A model generated the notes under the pieces. The model was not told where the DNA came from. It saw only the letters and a list, made by a program, of their open reading frames with translations, and ran no database searches. 19,369 bases of DNA, taken from positions 1-19,369 of the forward strand of contig JASFYO010000084.1 in NCBI GenBank assembly GCA_045047305.1. Reading direction: 5' to 3'. Below are positions 8,403 to 15,680 of the stretch, one piece after another. This DNA is from Planctomycetota bacterium (GTDB lineage Bacteria > Planctomycetota > UBA1135). The position numbers were made by a program, and so were the translations under genes. Within the stretch, counting starts at the first letter, position 1; each line of letters opens with the position of its first letter.

Positions 8403-8426
8403 TTGAGAATGAGAATCAATCTCATT
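8403..8426. promoter_or_regulatory. Fur-box-like operator upstream of the porin/FMN-binding/cytochrome operon
   Basis: 19-bp inverted repeat AATGAGA-ATCAA-TCTCATT (8408-8426) within the hexamer array GAGAAT-GAGAAT-C-AATCTC. It resembles GATAATGATAATCATTATC and lies about 20 nt upstream of the porin GTG. Confidence 0.72.
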
Positions 8427-8532
8427 AGTGGGGCGCATAGGATATCTAGTCGTGCAGTTGGTGCAAGCCCAAATCCGAAATCTTGGCTTTCCAGGCAAAA
8501 ACGGCGACCTCGGCATGGGTAATCTCTTTGGC

Positions 8533-9732
8533 ATGATCGATTTATGGCTCGCAGAGCGCCGAGAAGGCACACCTCAGGGGGAGCAGGCCATCCGTGGCTT
8601 CGTCTCCGGGGTGGTCGACGGCAGCATCACCGATGCCCAAAGAGGGGCTTGGCTGGCCTTCGTGATGGTGAACGGCATGACCGCCGAAGAAACGGTTTTT
8701 CTCACCACCGCCATGACCGAGAGCGGGAATCGTCTGTCCTGGGAAGGACTCAGCGGCCCCTTTGTGGACAAGCATTCCACCGGCGGGGTGGGTGATAAGG
8801 TTTCGCTCGTACTGGCTCCCCTGTGGGCTTATTTGGGGAAACGTGTGCCGATGTTGTCGGGGCGTGGCCTTGGCATCACCGGAGGCACTTTGGACAAGTT
8901 AGAGGCCATTCCGGGATATCGCACCGATCTGGAGTTGCCGCAACTGCGCGCAGCCTTGGATGAGGTGGGCTGTTTCATCAACGGCCAGACTCCCGACCTC
9001 GCCCCGGCGGACCGCATCCTTTATGCCACTCGCAATGAAACTCAAACCGTGCCATCGGTCCCATTGATTACGGCATCCATTTTGTCTAAGAAACTGGTAG
9101 AGGGGATTGACCGCCTGGTTCTAGATGTGAAATTTGGTAGCGGTGCTTTCATGCAAACTAGAGCCGATGCGCAAATCTTGGCCAACTCCTTGCAAGAGGT
9201 CGGCAACGCTGCTGGCGTGGTCACCGAAGCTGTGCTGACTCCTATGTCGCAACCGCTTGGCGTTGCGGTCGGCAATGCCATCGAGGTGGAGGAGGCGATA
9301 GCCACCTTGCAGGGGAAGGGGCCTGAGGACTTAGTGGAGCTTGTTGTGGCGCTAAGCGGAGAAGGAGAAGCTGCGCGTAAGGTTCTGGCCGACGGCAACG
9401 CTTACTCGACTTGGTTGCAGATGGTGCGTGCTCATGGTGGAGATCCACAAGCCGTGCTTCACGGTGGAGCAGTGGCCGAAGAAGTTTATGTGGCACCCCA
9501 TGCCGGCATCATTCAACGTTGCGATGCCGGTGAACTTGGACGTGCCGCCTTCGTGCTCGGAGCAGGGCGTCGACGCGCTCAAGACCCGGTTCATTTTGGG
9601 GTTGGATTGAAGGTCGCGTGCAAAGTTGGCGACCGAGTGGAGCAAGGTCAGCCCTTGTGTCGGATTCTGCATGCAGACAAAGGTTTAGATGAGGCGCGCC
9701 GTTTGGTAGAACAGTCCTACCAAATTGGCTGA
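8533..9732 (+). CDS. pdp: Pyrimidine-nucleoside / thymidine phosphorylase
   Basis: DKHSTGGVGDK, SGRGLGITGGTLDKLEAIPG, APADRILYATR, SILSKK, DVKFGSGAFM, LGAGR motifs. Start ATG 8533 (MIDLWL) chosen because 8428 abuts the Fur box. Confidence 0.95.
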   Translation: MIDLWLAERREGTPQGEQAIRGFVSGVVDGSITDAQRGAWLAFVMVNGMTAEETVFLTTAMTESGNRLSWEGLSGPFVDKHSTGGVGDKVSLVLAPLWAYLGKRVPMLSGRGLGITGGTLDKLEAIPGYRTDLELPQLRAALDEVGCFINGQTPDLAPADRILYATRNETQTVPSVPLITASILSKKLVEGIDRLVLDVKFGSGAFMQTRADAQILANSLQEVGNAAGVVTEAVLTPMSQPLGVAVGNAIEVEEAIATLQGKGPEDLVELVVALSGEGEAARKVLADGNAYSTWLQMVRAHGGDPQAVLHGGAVAEEVYVAPHAGIIQRCDAGELGRAAFVLGAGRRRAQDPVHFGVGLKVACKVGDRVEQGQPLCRILHADKGLDEARRLVEQSYQIG

Positions 9733-11644
9733 TTCCCCTTCCCCTCGCCTTGTCCGCTCGTTGGACATGTCACCTGAGCAGCCGTTGCGCGTCGTTTTCC
9801 TTACAGAAGGAGAGGCGCCGCCGGAGGCCGTGGTCAAGCTTTTAGAGCACCCATCGATGGTGGTCGACGGTCGCGAATTGGATGCGTTTTTTGCCGAGCT
9901 TGATATGGGTTTCCCCATTCCAGACCTCTTGGTTGGAGTCGGCGGGCAAGTCTTGATTCAAACTCTGCGTCGGCATGAAACTACGGCATGTTTACCGGTT
10001 TTCCGTTGGGGTAGCACGGCAACTACACCTCCAGGATGGGATGGCTCAGTGGTGCGTTGGGGTGAAGCAAGGCTCTCCGATGTAGCGCTCTGGTTGCAAC
10101 GACTGTTGCCCTTTCCGAAGGTGGCAGAGGCAGAAGAAGGCGATCGACGCGAACATCTGTTTCTGCGTTTTCTCGCAACCCGGGGTACCGCTTCTCTAGC
10201 CGACGCCAAAGAGTTCGGAGTGAAGGCACCGCATGCCGCCTTACGACGCTGGACCGAGCGGGGTTGGTGCCATGGCTCGGTGCAGCACTTAAAAGCGACC
10301 AACGGTTTGCTTGATGTTGTCGCGCGTGAGCGACTGCACGTGGATGAACTCCTGACACCGCCCGGGCAAGCCGTTGCGGTTTTACAAAAGCCTAAGACTG
10401 CGCATAAGCCAAAGGTCAATCCGTCGGCAACTGTACCTGCGCGAAACCGTGGGTCTAAGTTGGCTTGGGCGACGATTGTGGCCTTGCTCGCATTGGTGGT
10501 TTTTCTGTTTGATAAGGCCGGCGGAGTGACTTGGGCTGGTAGCTGGTTTACCTCGGAAATTTCCAATAACGATAGCGTTCAAGAAGATTCGATTGCGCAT
10601 AAGGGAGAGGATCCGCCGGAAGTGGTGGTCTCAAAAAAGCAAATACCTTCCTTGCCGGAACTCTATTTGGATGCTCGGCTAATGCGCCCTTTGCTTGAGA
10701 TTCACGCAAGCCTCGATGGCCGCGTGCAATGGAGTGTGGAAGAGAACGTGTCGGTCATGGCGGGAGGGCAAGTGGGCACCATCACTCAAGTTGCCGGAGT
10801 GGACCGCAGGGAGCGCCTGCAAAATTTAATGCAGGAGTTGCAACAGGAACTTGTTTTACTAGAGTCCTCCGCGAAAAAGGAGTGGGAAAAGCAGCTCCAC
10901 GAAGCGCGTGAGGAAGAAGGGCGTATGACTTGGACTATTAATAATTTATTGCGCCGTTTACCCAACCTCCAAGAAGTTTATGCGCAGTCTAAGGCCTTAG
11001 CTGAAGAAGGCGTCTTGAGCTTTCGCGAAGTGCGCCCGGATTGGGATGCACTCATTGCTCTCGAGGAAGACCTTGAGCAAGCGAGGCAAGCAGCAACCCA
11101 CGCAAAAAAATTGGTTTTAAAGCTTGAGGCCAGTGGGCCTGCACGGCCTGCCCAGCAAGCTTCTTGGAATACCCAAACGCAAGCGCTGCAAGTACAGTTG
11201 GAAGAAGCAGAATCTACTCAGATTCAGATACCGGTCTTGATGACGCAAGCGGGTGAATTCCAGCCTTTGCTCGCTTCGGGAGAAGTCTGTCATGCCGGCG
11301 AAGTGATTGCGCTGTTGAGCCCCCAAAACGGCGGCTACTTGGAGGCGGTTTTGGCTACCGCGGATTGGAATGCTGCCTATCTTGTCGGCGGCGCGCGATT
11401 GCGTCGGCCAGAGCGTTCTAGTTGGATGCCCACCAAAATCTTGTCGGCATCTTCAGAACCAGATGGCCTCACTCGCTTGCGGCTTCGGCTTCCGGTAGGC
11501 TGGTTAGACGATTCCTTGGCCTTAGCTGATGCCGATCGCCAGCTATTGGAGCTGCGTCTCACTGCTCCGGTGCCAACTTCCACTTCTTCGGCAGAAGAAG
11601 CTGTCCAACTTCCACTGCCATCTACCGTAGAGTCACCAAGATGA
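9725..11644 (+). CDS. Membrane-anchored HlyD/membrane-fusion-like protein with extended cytoplasmic N-terminus (degenerate receiver-like + helical domain)
   Basis: TM at about aa 247-263. Lipoyl half-motifs IHASLDGRVQWSVEENVSVMAGGQVGTI and VLMTQAGEFQPLLASGEVCHAGEVIALL flank a long coiled coil containing LAEEGVLS. Start is TTG 9725 or ATG 9767. Confidence 0.7.
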   Translation: MADSPSPRLVRSLDMSPEQPLRVVFLTEGEAPPEAVVKLLEHPSMVVDGRELDAFFAELDMGFPIPDLLVGVGGQVLIQTLRRHETTACLPVFRWGSTATTPPGWDGSVVRWGEARLSDVALWLQRLLPFPKVAEAEEGDRREHLFLRFLATRGTASLADAKEFGVKAPHAALRRWTERGWCHGSVQHLKATNGLLDVVARERLHVDELLTPPGQAVAVLQKPKTAHKPKVNPSATVPARNRGSKLAWATIVALLALVVFLFDKAGGVTWAGSWFTSEISNNDSVQEDSIAHKGEDPPEVVVSKKQIPSLPELYLDARLMRPLLEIHASLDGRVQWSVEENVSVMAGGQVGTITQVAGVDRRERLQNLMQELQQELVLLESSAKKEWEKQLHEAREEEGRMTWTINNLLRRLPNLQEVYAQSKALAEEGVLSFREVRPDWDALIALEEDLEQARQAATHAKKLVLKLEASGPARPAQQASWNTQTQALQVQLEEAESTQIQIPVLMTQAGEFQPLLASGEVCHAGEVIALLSPQNGGYLEAVLATADWNAAYLVGGARLRRPERSSWMPTKILSASSEPDGLTRLRLRLPVGWLDDSLALADADRQLLELRLTAPVPTSTSSAEEAVQLPLPSTVESPR

Positions 11645-12036
11645 AGAAACTCCTACCTGCTGTTTTGTTGAGTGCTTGCGCAGTCGCTTTGCCTTCTTGC
11701 GTACTAGCAGTTGGGGCAGCGATTGGCGCGGGCGCGATGTACTCTGTCGGCGAAGATTCCGAACAGATTTACCTCGATGCGCCGATGACGGATGTATTCA
11801 GTGCGGCGCAAGCGGAATTCAAAGACCGTGGTTCGTTGGAAATGCTCGAAGCAGGTAATCAAGAGAGTTTTATGAGCGCTAAAGTGGAAGATGTACAAGT
11901 CGAAATCTTCTTGCGTAAAATCACCGACAACACCACCGAAATGGTGGTGAAGGCGCGAAAGTGGGCGGATATGGCTCCAGATTTGGAGATGGCGGGCCGC
12001 GTGGCTGATCGTATTGCTTATCGCGTGACCAAGTAG
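11641..12036 (+). CDS. DUF3568-family lipoprotein
   Basis: Lipobox LPSC followed by the Gly/Ala-rich VLAVGAAIGAGAMY, 131 aa, with a C-terminal alpha/beta domain. ATGA overlap with the upstream gene. Confidence 0.7.
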   Translation: MKKLLPAVLLSACAVALPSCVLAVGAAIGAGAMYSVGEDSEQIYLDAPMTDVFSAAQAEFKDRGSLEMLEAGNQESFMSAKVEDVQVEIFLRKITDNTTEMVVKARKWADMAPDLEMAGRVADRIAYRVTK

Positions 12037-12042
12037 GCGTAC

Positions 12043-12720
12043 ATGGCAGAATCTGCCGCGCCGCGTTTAGAGCGCATCGATAACCGCCTCTACCTAGTTG
12101 GGGCCGACGGCCGCGTATGTGTCGATTTTGTTGCCGGCCCCATGGCTTTTCGCCGACGTCATGGAGGTGGCCGTAGTCAAGCCGTTGCGAAGGCGGTTGG
12201 GTATAAGGGTGCAAAAACTCCACCCCGCGTTTTAGATGCCACTGCAGGCCTAGGCCGCGACGCCTTTATCCTTGCCACGCTTGGGTGCCCGGTGCTTGCG
12301 ATGGAGCGCCATCCAGATATTCATGCACTATGCGCCGACGGTTTGGCCCGAGCCTTGCTTGATGAGGAAACGGCCGATGCCTTAGGGGGGCGTCTACAAC
12401 TCTTTCAAGGCGATGCGCTCGAGCTGCTACGCCTATCCAGCGATGGTCCCATCGCCACTTTTCGTCCCGACGTTCTTTACCTAGACCCCATGCATCCACC
12501 ACGCAAAAAAAGCGCCTTGCCGCGTTTGGAAATGCGCTTGTTTCGCGACCTAGTGGGGGAGGATCTTGATCAGGTGGAGTTGCTCGAAACCGCGCTCCAA
12601 GCTGGCATCGGGCGCGTGGTGGTGAAGCGCCCGACCCACTCCGAACCCCTGTTACCTGGCGTGGCCTCGGCGATACCGGGAAAGACGACTCGCTTTGATA
12701 TCTACTTGCCGTCGTCCTAG
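12043..12720 (+). CDS. rsmJ: 16S rRNA m2G1516 methyltransferase (RsmJ family)
   Basis: VDFVAG...RR.HGGGR.QAVAKAVG, VLDATAGLGRDAFILA, DVLYLDPM, RVVVKRP, GKTTRFDIY motifs. Confidence 0.93.
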   Translation: MAESAAPRLERIDNRLYLVGADGRVCVDFVAGPMAFRRRHGGGRSQAVAKAVGYKGAKTPPRVLDATAGLGRDAFILATLGCPVLAMERHPDIHALCADGLARALLDEETADALGGRLQLFQGDALELLRLSSDGPIATFRPDVLYLDPMHPPRKKSALPRLEMRLFRDLVGEDLDQVELLETALQAGIGRVVVKRPTHSEPLLPGVASAIPGKTTRFDIYLPSS

Positions 12721-12766
12721 AGAATCGCCGTACTGTTACAATCCGCGATTCTCCTTGGTGCTGAGC

Positions 12767-13732
12767 ATGCAAAGCAAAGAACGAACCCTGCTGGAAGTCC
12801 CTGAGCCCCAAGTCATCCGTGACTGGGCAACCGAAAATGGAATTCTCATCCTGGCGCACAGCTATCAGGATGGATTCTTACAGGAAGCGGCTCACTTTGT
12901 GGGCGACAGCCTGGAATTGGCGCGTAAAGCTGCATCGGCCGGGGCTAGTGCCATCTGCTTTGCAGGAGTGCACTTCATGGCAGAAACCGCGAAGATCCTG
13001 TGCCCGGAGGCGCGGGTTTTTGTGCCGGATATGGATGCTGGGTGCTCGCTCGCTGAGTCATGTAAAGCAGAGGACTTGATTCGTTATCAGGAGCACCTCA
13101 CTAAGAAGTTGGGCAAGCGTCCGACTACGATTGCGTACGTGAACTGCACTGCAGCAGTCAAAGCTGCTTGCGACATCATTTGCACCAGCGGCAATGCACG
13201 CCAAGTGGTGGAGTCGGTGCCAGCAGGGGATCCGATTCTGTTCGTGCCGGACAAGCATCTTGGTGGTTGGCTAAATGAAACCCTTGGTCTCGACATGATC
13301 CTTTGGGATGGTGCCTGCGAGGTCCATGAGTTATTTTCGGTGGAAACTCTGAATACGATGAAGGCTGAAAACCCCGGTGCGATTGTTTTGTCGCACCCGG
13401 AATGTCCGAAGCCAGTGCGCGATGCCAGCGACCATATTCTTGGCACAGCTGGCATGTTGAATATGGTGAAGGCTGCCGAAGGCGAGACCTTCCTGATTGG
13501 CACCGAGGCCAACCTGATTTACCGCTTTGAAAAAGAAGCGCCGCAAAACACCTATTTGCCGGCTCCGGGTGCATCATGCGCCTGCAATCTGTGCCCCTAT
13601 ATGGCGCTGAACACTCCTGAAAAATTGTGGCAGTGTTTGCATGATCGTGGCCCAGAAGTGACGGTTGCGGCGGAGCACATGGAGCCTGCGCGGCGATCTT
13701 TACAGCGCATGTTAGACGTGGTGGTTGCTTGA
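12767..13732 (+). CDS. nadA: Quinolinate synthase A
   Basis: ILAHSYQ, GDSLELA, GVHFMAETAKIL and the three 4Fe-4S Cys motifs AGCSLA, GACEVH, CPYMA. Start ATG 12767, downstream of TACAAT at 12737-12742. Confidence 0.97.
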   Translation: MQSKERTLLEVPEPQVIRDWATENGILILAHSYQDGFLQEAAHFVGDSLELARKAASAGASAICFAGVHFMAETAKILCPEARVFVPDMDAGCSLAESCKAEDLIRYQEHLTKKLGKRPTTIAYVNCTAAVKAACDIICTSGNARQVVESVPAGDPILFVPDKHLGGWLNETLGLDMILWDGACEVHELFSVETLNTMKAENPGAIVLSHPECPKPVRDASDHILGTAGMLNMVKAAEGETFLIGTEANLIYRFEKEAPQNTYLPAPGASCACNLCPYMALNTPEKLWQCLHDRGPEVTVAAEHMEPARRSLQRMLDVVVA

Positions 13733-14781
13733 GGAAGCCGACGAAGAAAACACTTGGTTTCTTGCTTCTTGCAGGATGTGGGGGTTTTCTTCTGTTTCTG
13801 CAATCCTTTGACTTTGGGTCGTCAGATTCAAAGGATCCGTCACCGTCTCGTGGCCTGACCCGGTCCCAAATTATGGTGGAGCCGGCACCGCGCAGCATCC
13901 TTTCCCGGCCTAAGGACTTCGTGCTCGATGGCCAAGTTTTTGCAACGGAGGGCCCAAGACAAGCCTTGGTCTCCGTGGTCCTATTGCCTGATCGCACTCC
14001 GGTGGCGCAGGTTCCTTTTTGGGGCACCCCTATGAATTCATGGGAGGTCCGTGTCGGAACGACCGGTGCTCAAGGCACGGCCCTTGTTGCGCTTCCTGCT
14101 GTAGGACCTTGGGAGTTTTCCTGCGAAGCCCCTGGTTTGGGTTCCGGACGCACCACGAAGTTAGATAGCTATCGCAATGGAGAATCTTATGTGGTGGAGT
14201 TAACGCCATACCCGGTTAGCCTTCATCTACGGGCGGTCGACGCTGTCTCTGGAAAGCTGATTCCCAGCGCAAGTTTTTCCTCGCGCCACCAAAACCCAGA
14301 TGTTCTCGCTTTTCAAGAACCCCTTGCTAACTTGCCTGCCAAGCTGTTGAGTGAAGGGGGAGTTCTGAAACACCGGCTGGAGTATCCAGGTATGGCTTAC
14401 TTGCTCATCGAAGCAGAAGGCTACCTTCCTGCCGTGGTGAGTATCTTTGAGCAAGGAGAGTTTGAAGTTCCCATGCATCGTCTCGAGGCCATTCCTTTGC
14501 AAGTGACGGAAGGAGGGCATCCGGTGGCCGCGCAAGTGGAGTTTCAGTTTGCCGCTGCTTCTTATCGTTTTGGTCAGTATGCCCACACCACCTTGCGTCC
14601 GCCTGAGAGGTATTTCCTCGAAACCAGTGCCCATCAAGCAACCGAAATCCTCTTGCCGCCCGCAACTCTTAGGAGCGCCTTATTTATCCACGCAGAATCC
14701 ATGGAGACTGGACGCATCCATGCTTGGAGTTTTTTAGAGGTTCCCACCTTGCTCCATGGGATGTGGGTCTTGAAACTCTGA
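13729..14781 (+). CDS. Hypothetical membrane-anchored beta-rich protein (carboxypeptidase-regulatory-like segments)
   Basis: 350-aa ORF with TTGA overlap with nadA, N-terminal TM, and the segments TTGAQG.A.V, VDAVSGKLIPSA, IEAEGYLP. Confidence 0.65.
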   Translation: MRKPTKKTLGFLLLAGCGGFLLFLQSFDFGSSDSKDPSPSRGLTRSQIMVEPAPRSILSRPKDFVLDGQVFATEGPRQALVSVVLLPDRTPVAQVPFWGTPMNSWEVRVGTTGAQGTALVALPAVGPWEFSCEAPGLGSGRTTKLDSYRNGESYVVELTPYPVSLHLRAVDAVSGKLIPSASFSSRHQNPDVLAFQEPLANLPAKLLSEGGVLKHRLEYPGMAYLLIEAEGYLPAVVSIFEQGEFEVPMHRLEAIPLQVTEGGHPVAAQVEFQFAAASYRFGQYAHTTLRPPERYFLETSAHQATEILLPPATLRSALFIHAESMETGRIHAWSFLEVPTLLHGMWVLKL

Positions 14782-14785
14782 GGCG

Positions 14786-14813
14786 GGAGGTCGGTTGATG
14801 GCCTTCTTTTTTT
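14786..14813 (+). terminator. Possible weak intrinsic terminator
   Basis: GGAGGTCG/TGGCCTTC 8-bp stem (3 G-U pairs) with a 5-nt loop and T7, immediately after the stop at 14781. Confidence 0.45.
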
Positions 14814-14867
14814 CGCGCTTGGTTACAATATGGCCGTGAACGGAAAAACCATTAGCACCATTTGAGT

Positions 14868-15680
14868 ATGCTCCCGATTGAAGCCTCAAGGTCTTCTTGT
14901 TTGTGTGTCGACCAGACTAGTTTGGAGCTAGCCCTGGAGCCTTACTACGGTCGCCTCAAGTCACATCGCCTTTACCGGTTGCTTCTTGACCCGAGTGCCG
15001 TTTGCGCATTCATGGAAACTCACGTTTTTGCGGTGTGGGATTTTCAGACATTGCTGAAAGCCTTGCAGGGGCATTTGACTTGTGTGAAAGTGCCGTGGGT
15101 ACCGACTCGGGATACAGTGTCTAGAAGGTTGATCAATGAGATTGTATTGAGCGAAGAGAGCGATGAAGATCCGCAAGGTGGCTATGCGTCTCACTATGAG
15201 ATTTACATTAGAGCCATGGAGGAATGTAGAGCCTCAACCGGGCCTATTCAGGAGTTCGTGCGAAAAATTGAATCCGGTGAGTCGGTCAGAGAAGCGCTGC
15301 AAGGTCAGGATATACCGAGAGGCATCGAGTCTTTTGTGATGTCAACCATGGACATCGTTGGAGCGCATCAAGTGCATGAGGTCGCGGCAGCATTTGCGTA
15401 TGGCCGCGAGGAAGCTGTTCCACTTATGTTTTTGGAGTTAGTGGCGCAGTTGTCAAATCAATCCCAGACTTCTTGGGATACGTATCTTTACTATCTTGAG
15501 CGCCACATTGGATTGGACTCTGAGGAACATGGACCGCAAGCGAAGCAGCTTGTCCAAAGACTTTGCGCAAATCATCCGATTTTGTGGGGGGAGTCCTTCG
15601 AGGCCGCTCGGAAGTCTCTTGATGCCCGCATAAGGCTTTGGGATCAGTTGGCCGATCTATTGGATGAGGCGAAACTCTAG
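14868..15680 (+). CDS. DUF3050 family protein (heme-oxygenase-like fold, putative diiron)
   Basis: FMETHVFAVWDFQTLLKALQ..LTC...PW.P, RLINEIVLSEESD, SHYEIY..AM, FAYGRE...P.MF, YYLERHI.LD..EHGP motifs. Confidence 0.9.
   Translation: MLPIEASRSSCLCVDQTSLELALEPYYGRLKSHRLYRLLLDPSAVCAFMETHVFAVWDFQTLLKALQGHLTCVKVPWVPTRDTVSRRLINEIVLSEESDEDPQGGYASHYEIYIRAMEECRASTGPIQEFVRKIESGESVREALQGQDIPRGIESFVMSTMDIVGAHQVHEVAAAFAYGREEAVPLMFLELVAQLSNQSQTSWDTYLYYLERHIGLDSEEHGPQAKQLVQRLCANHPILWGESFEAARKSLDARIRLWDQLADLLDEAKL

Noticed and set aside
8428..8532. Long N-terminal extension of pdp
   Set aside because: It covers the intergenic regulatory region; family similarity and a -10 element favour ATG 8533.
12695..12766. 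N-terminal extension of nadA overlapping rsmJ
   Set aside because: It contains a TACAAT -10 candidate; ATG 12767 gives a normal-length NadA.
13176..14027. 283-aa minus-strand ORF, and similar long alternatives (358..1038, 7437..8120, 9958..10566, 12266..12859)
   Set aside because: All lie antisense to well-supported genes and have no recognisable motifs.
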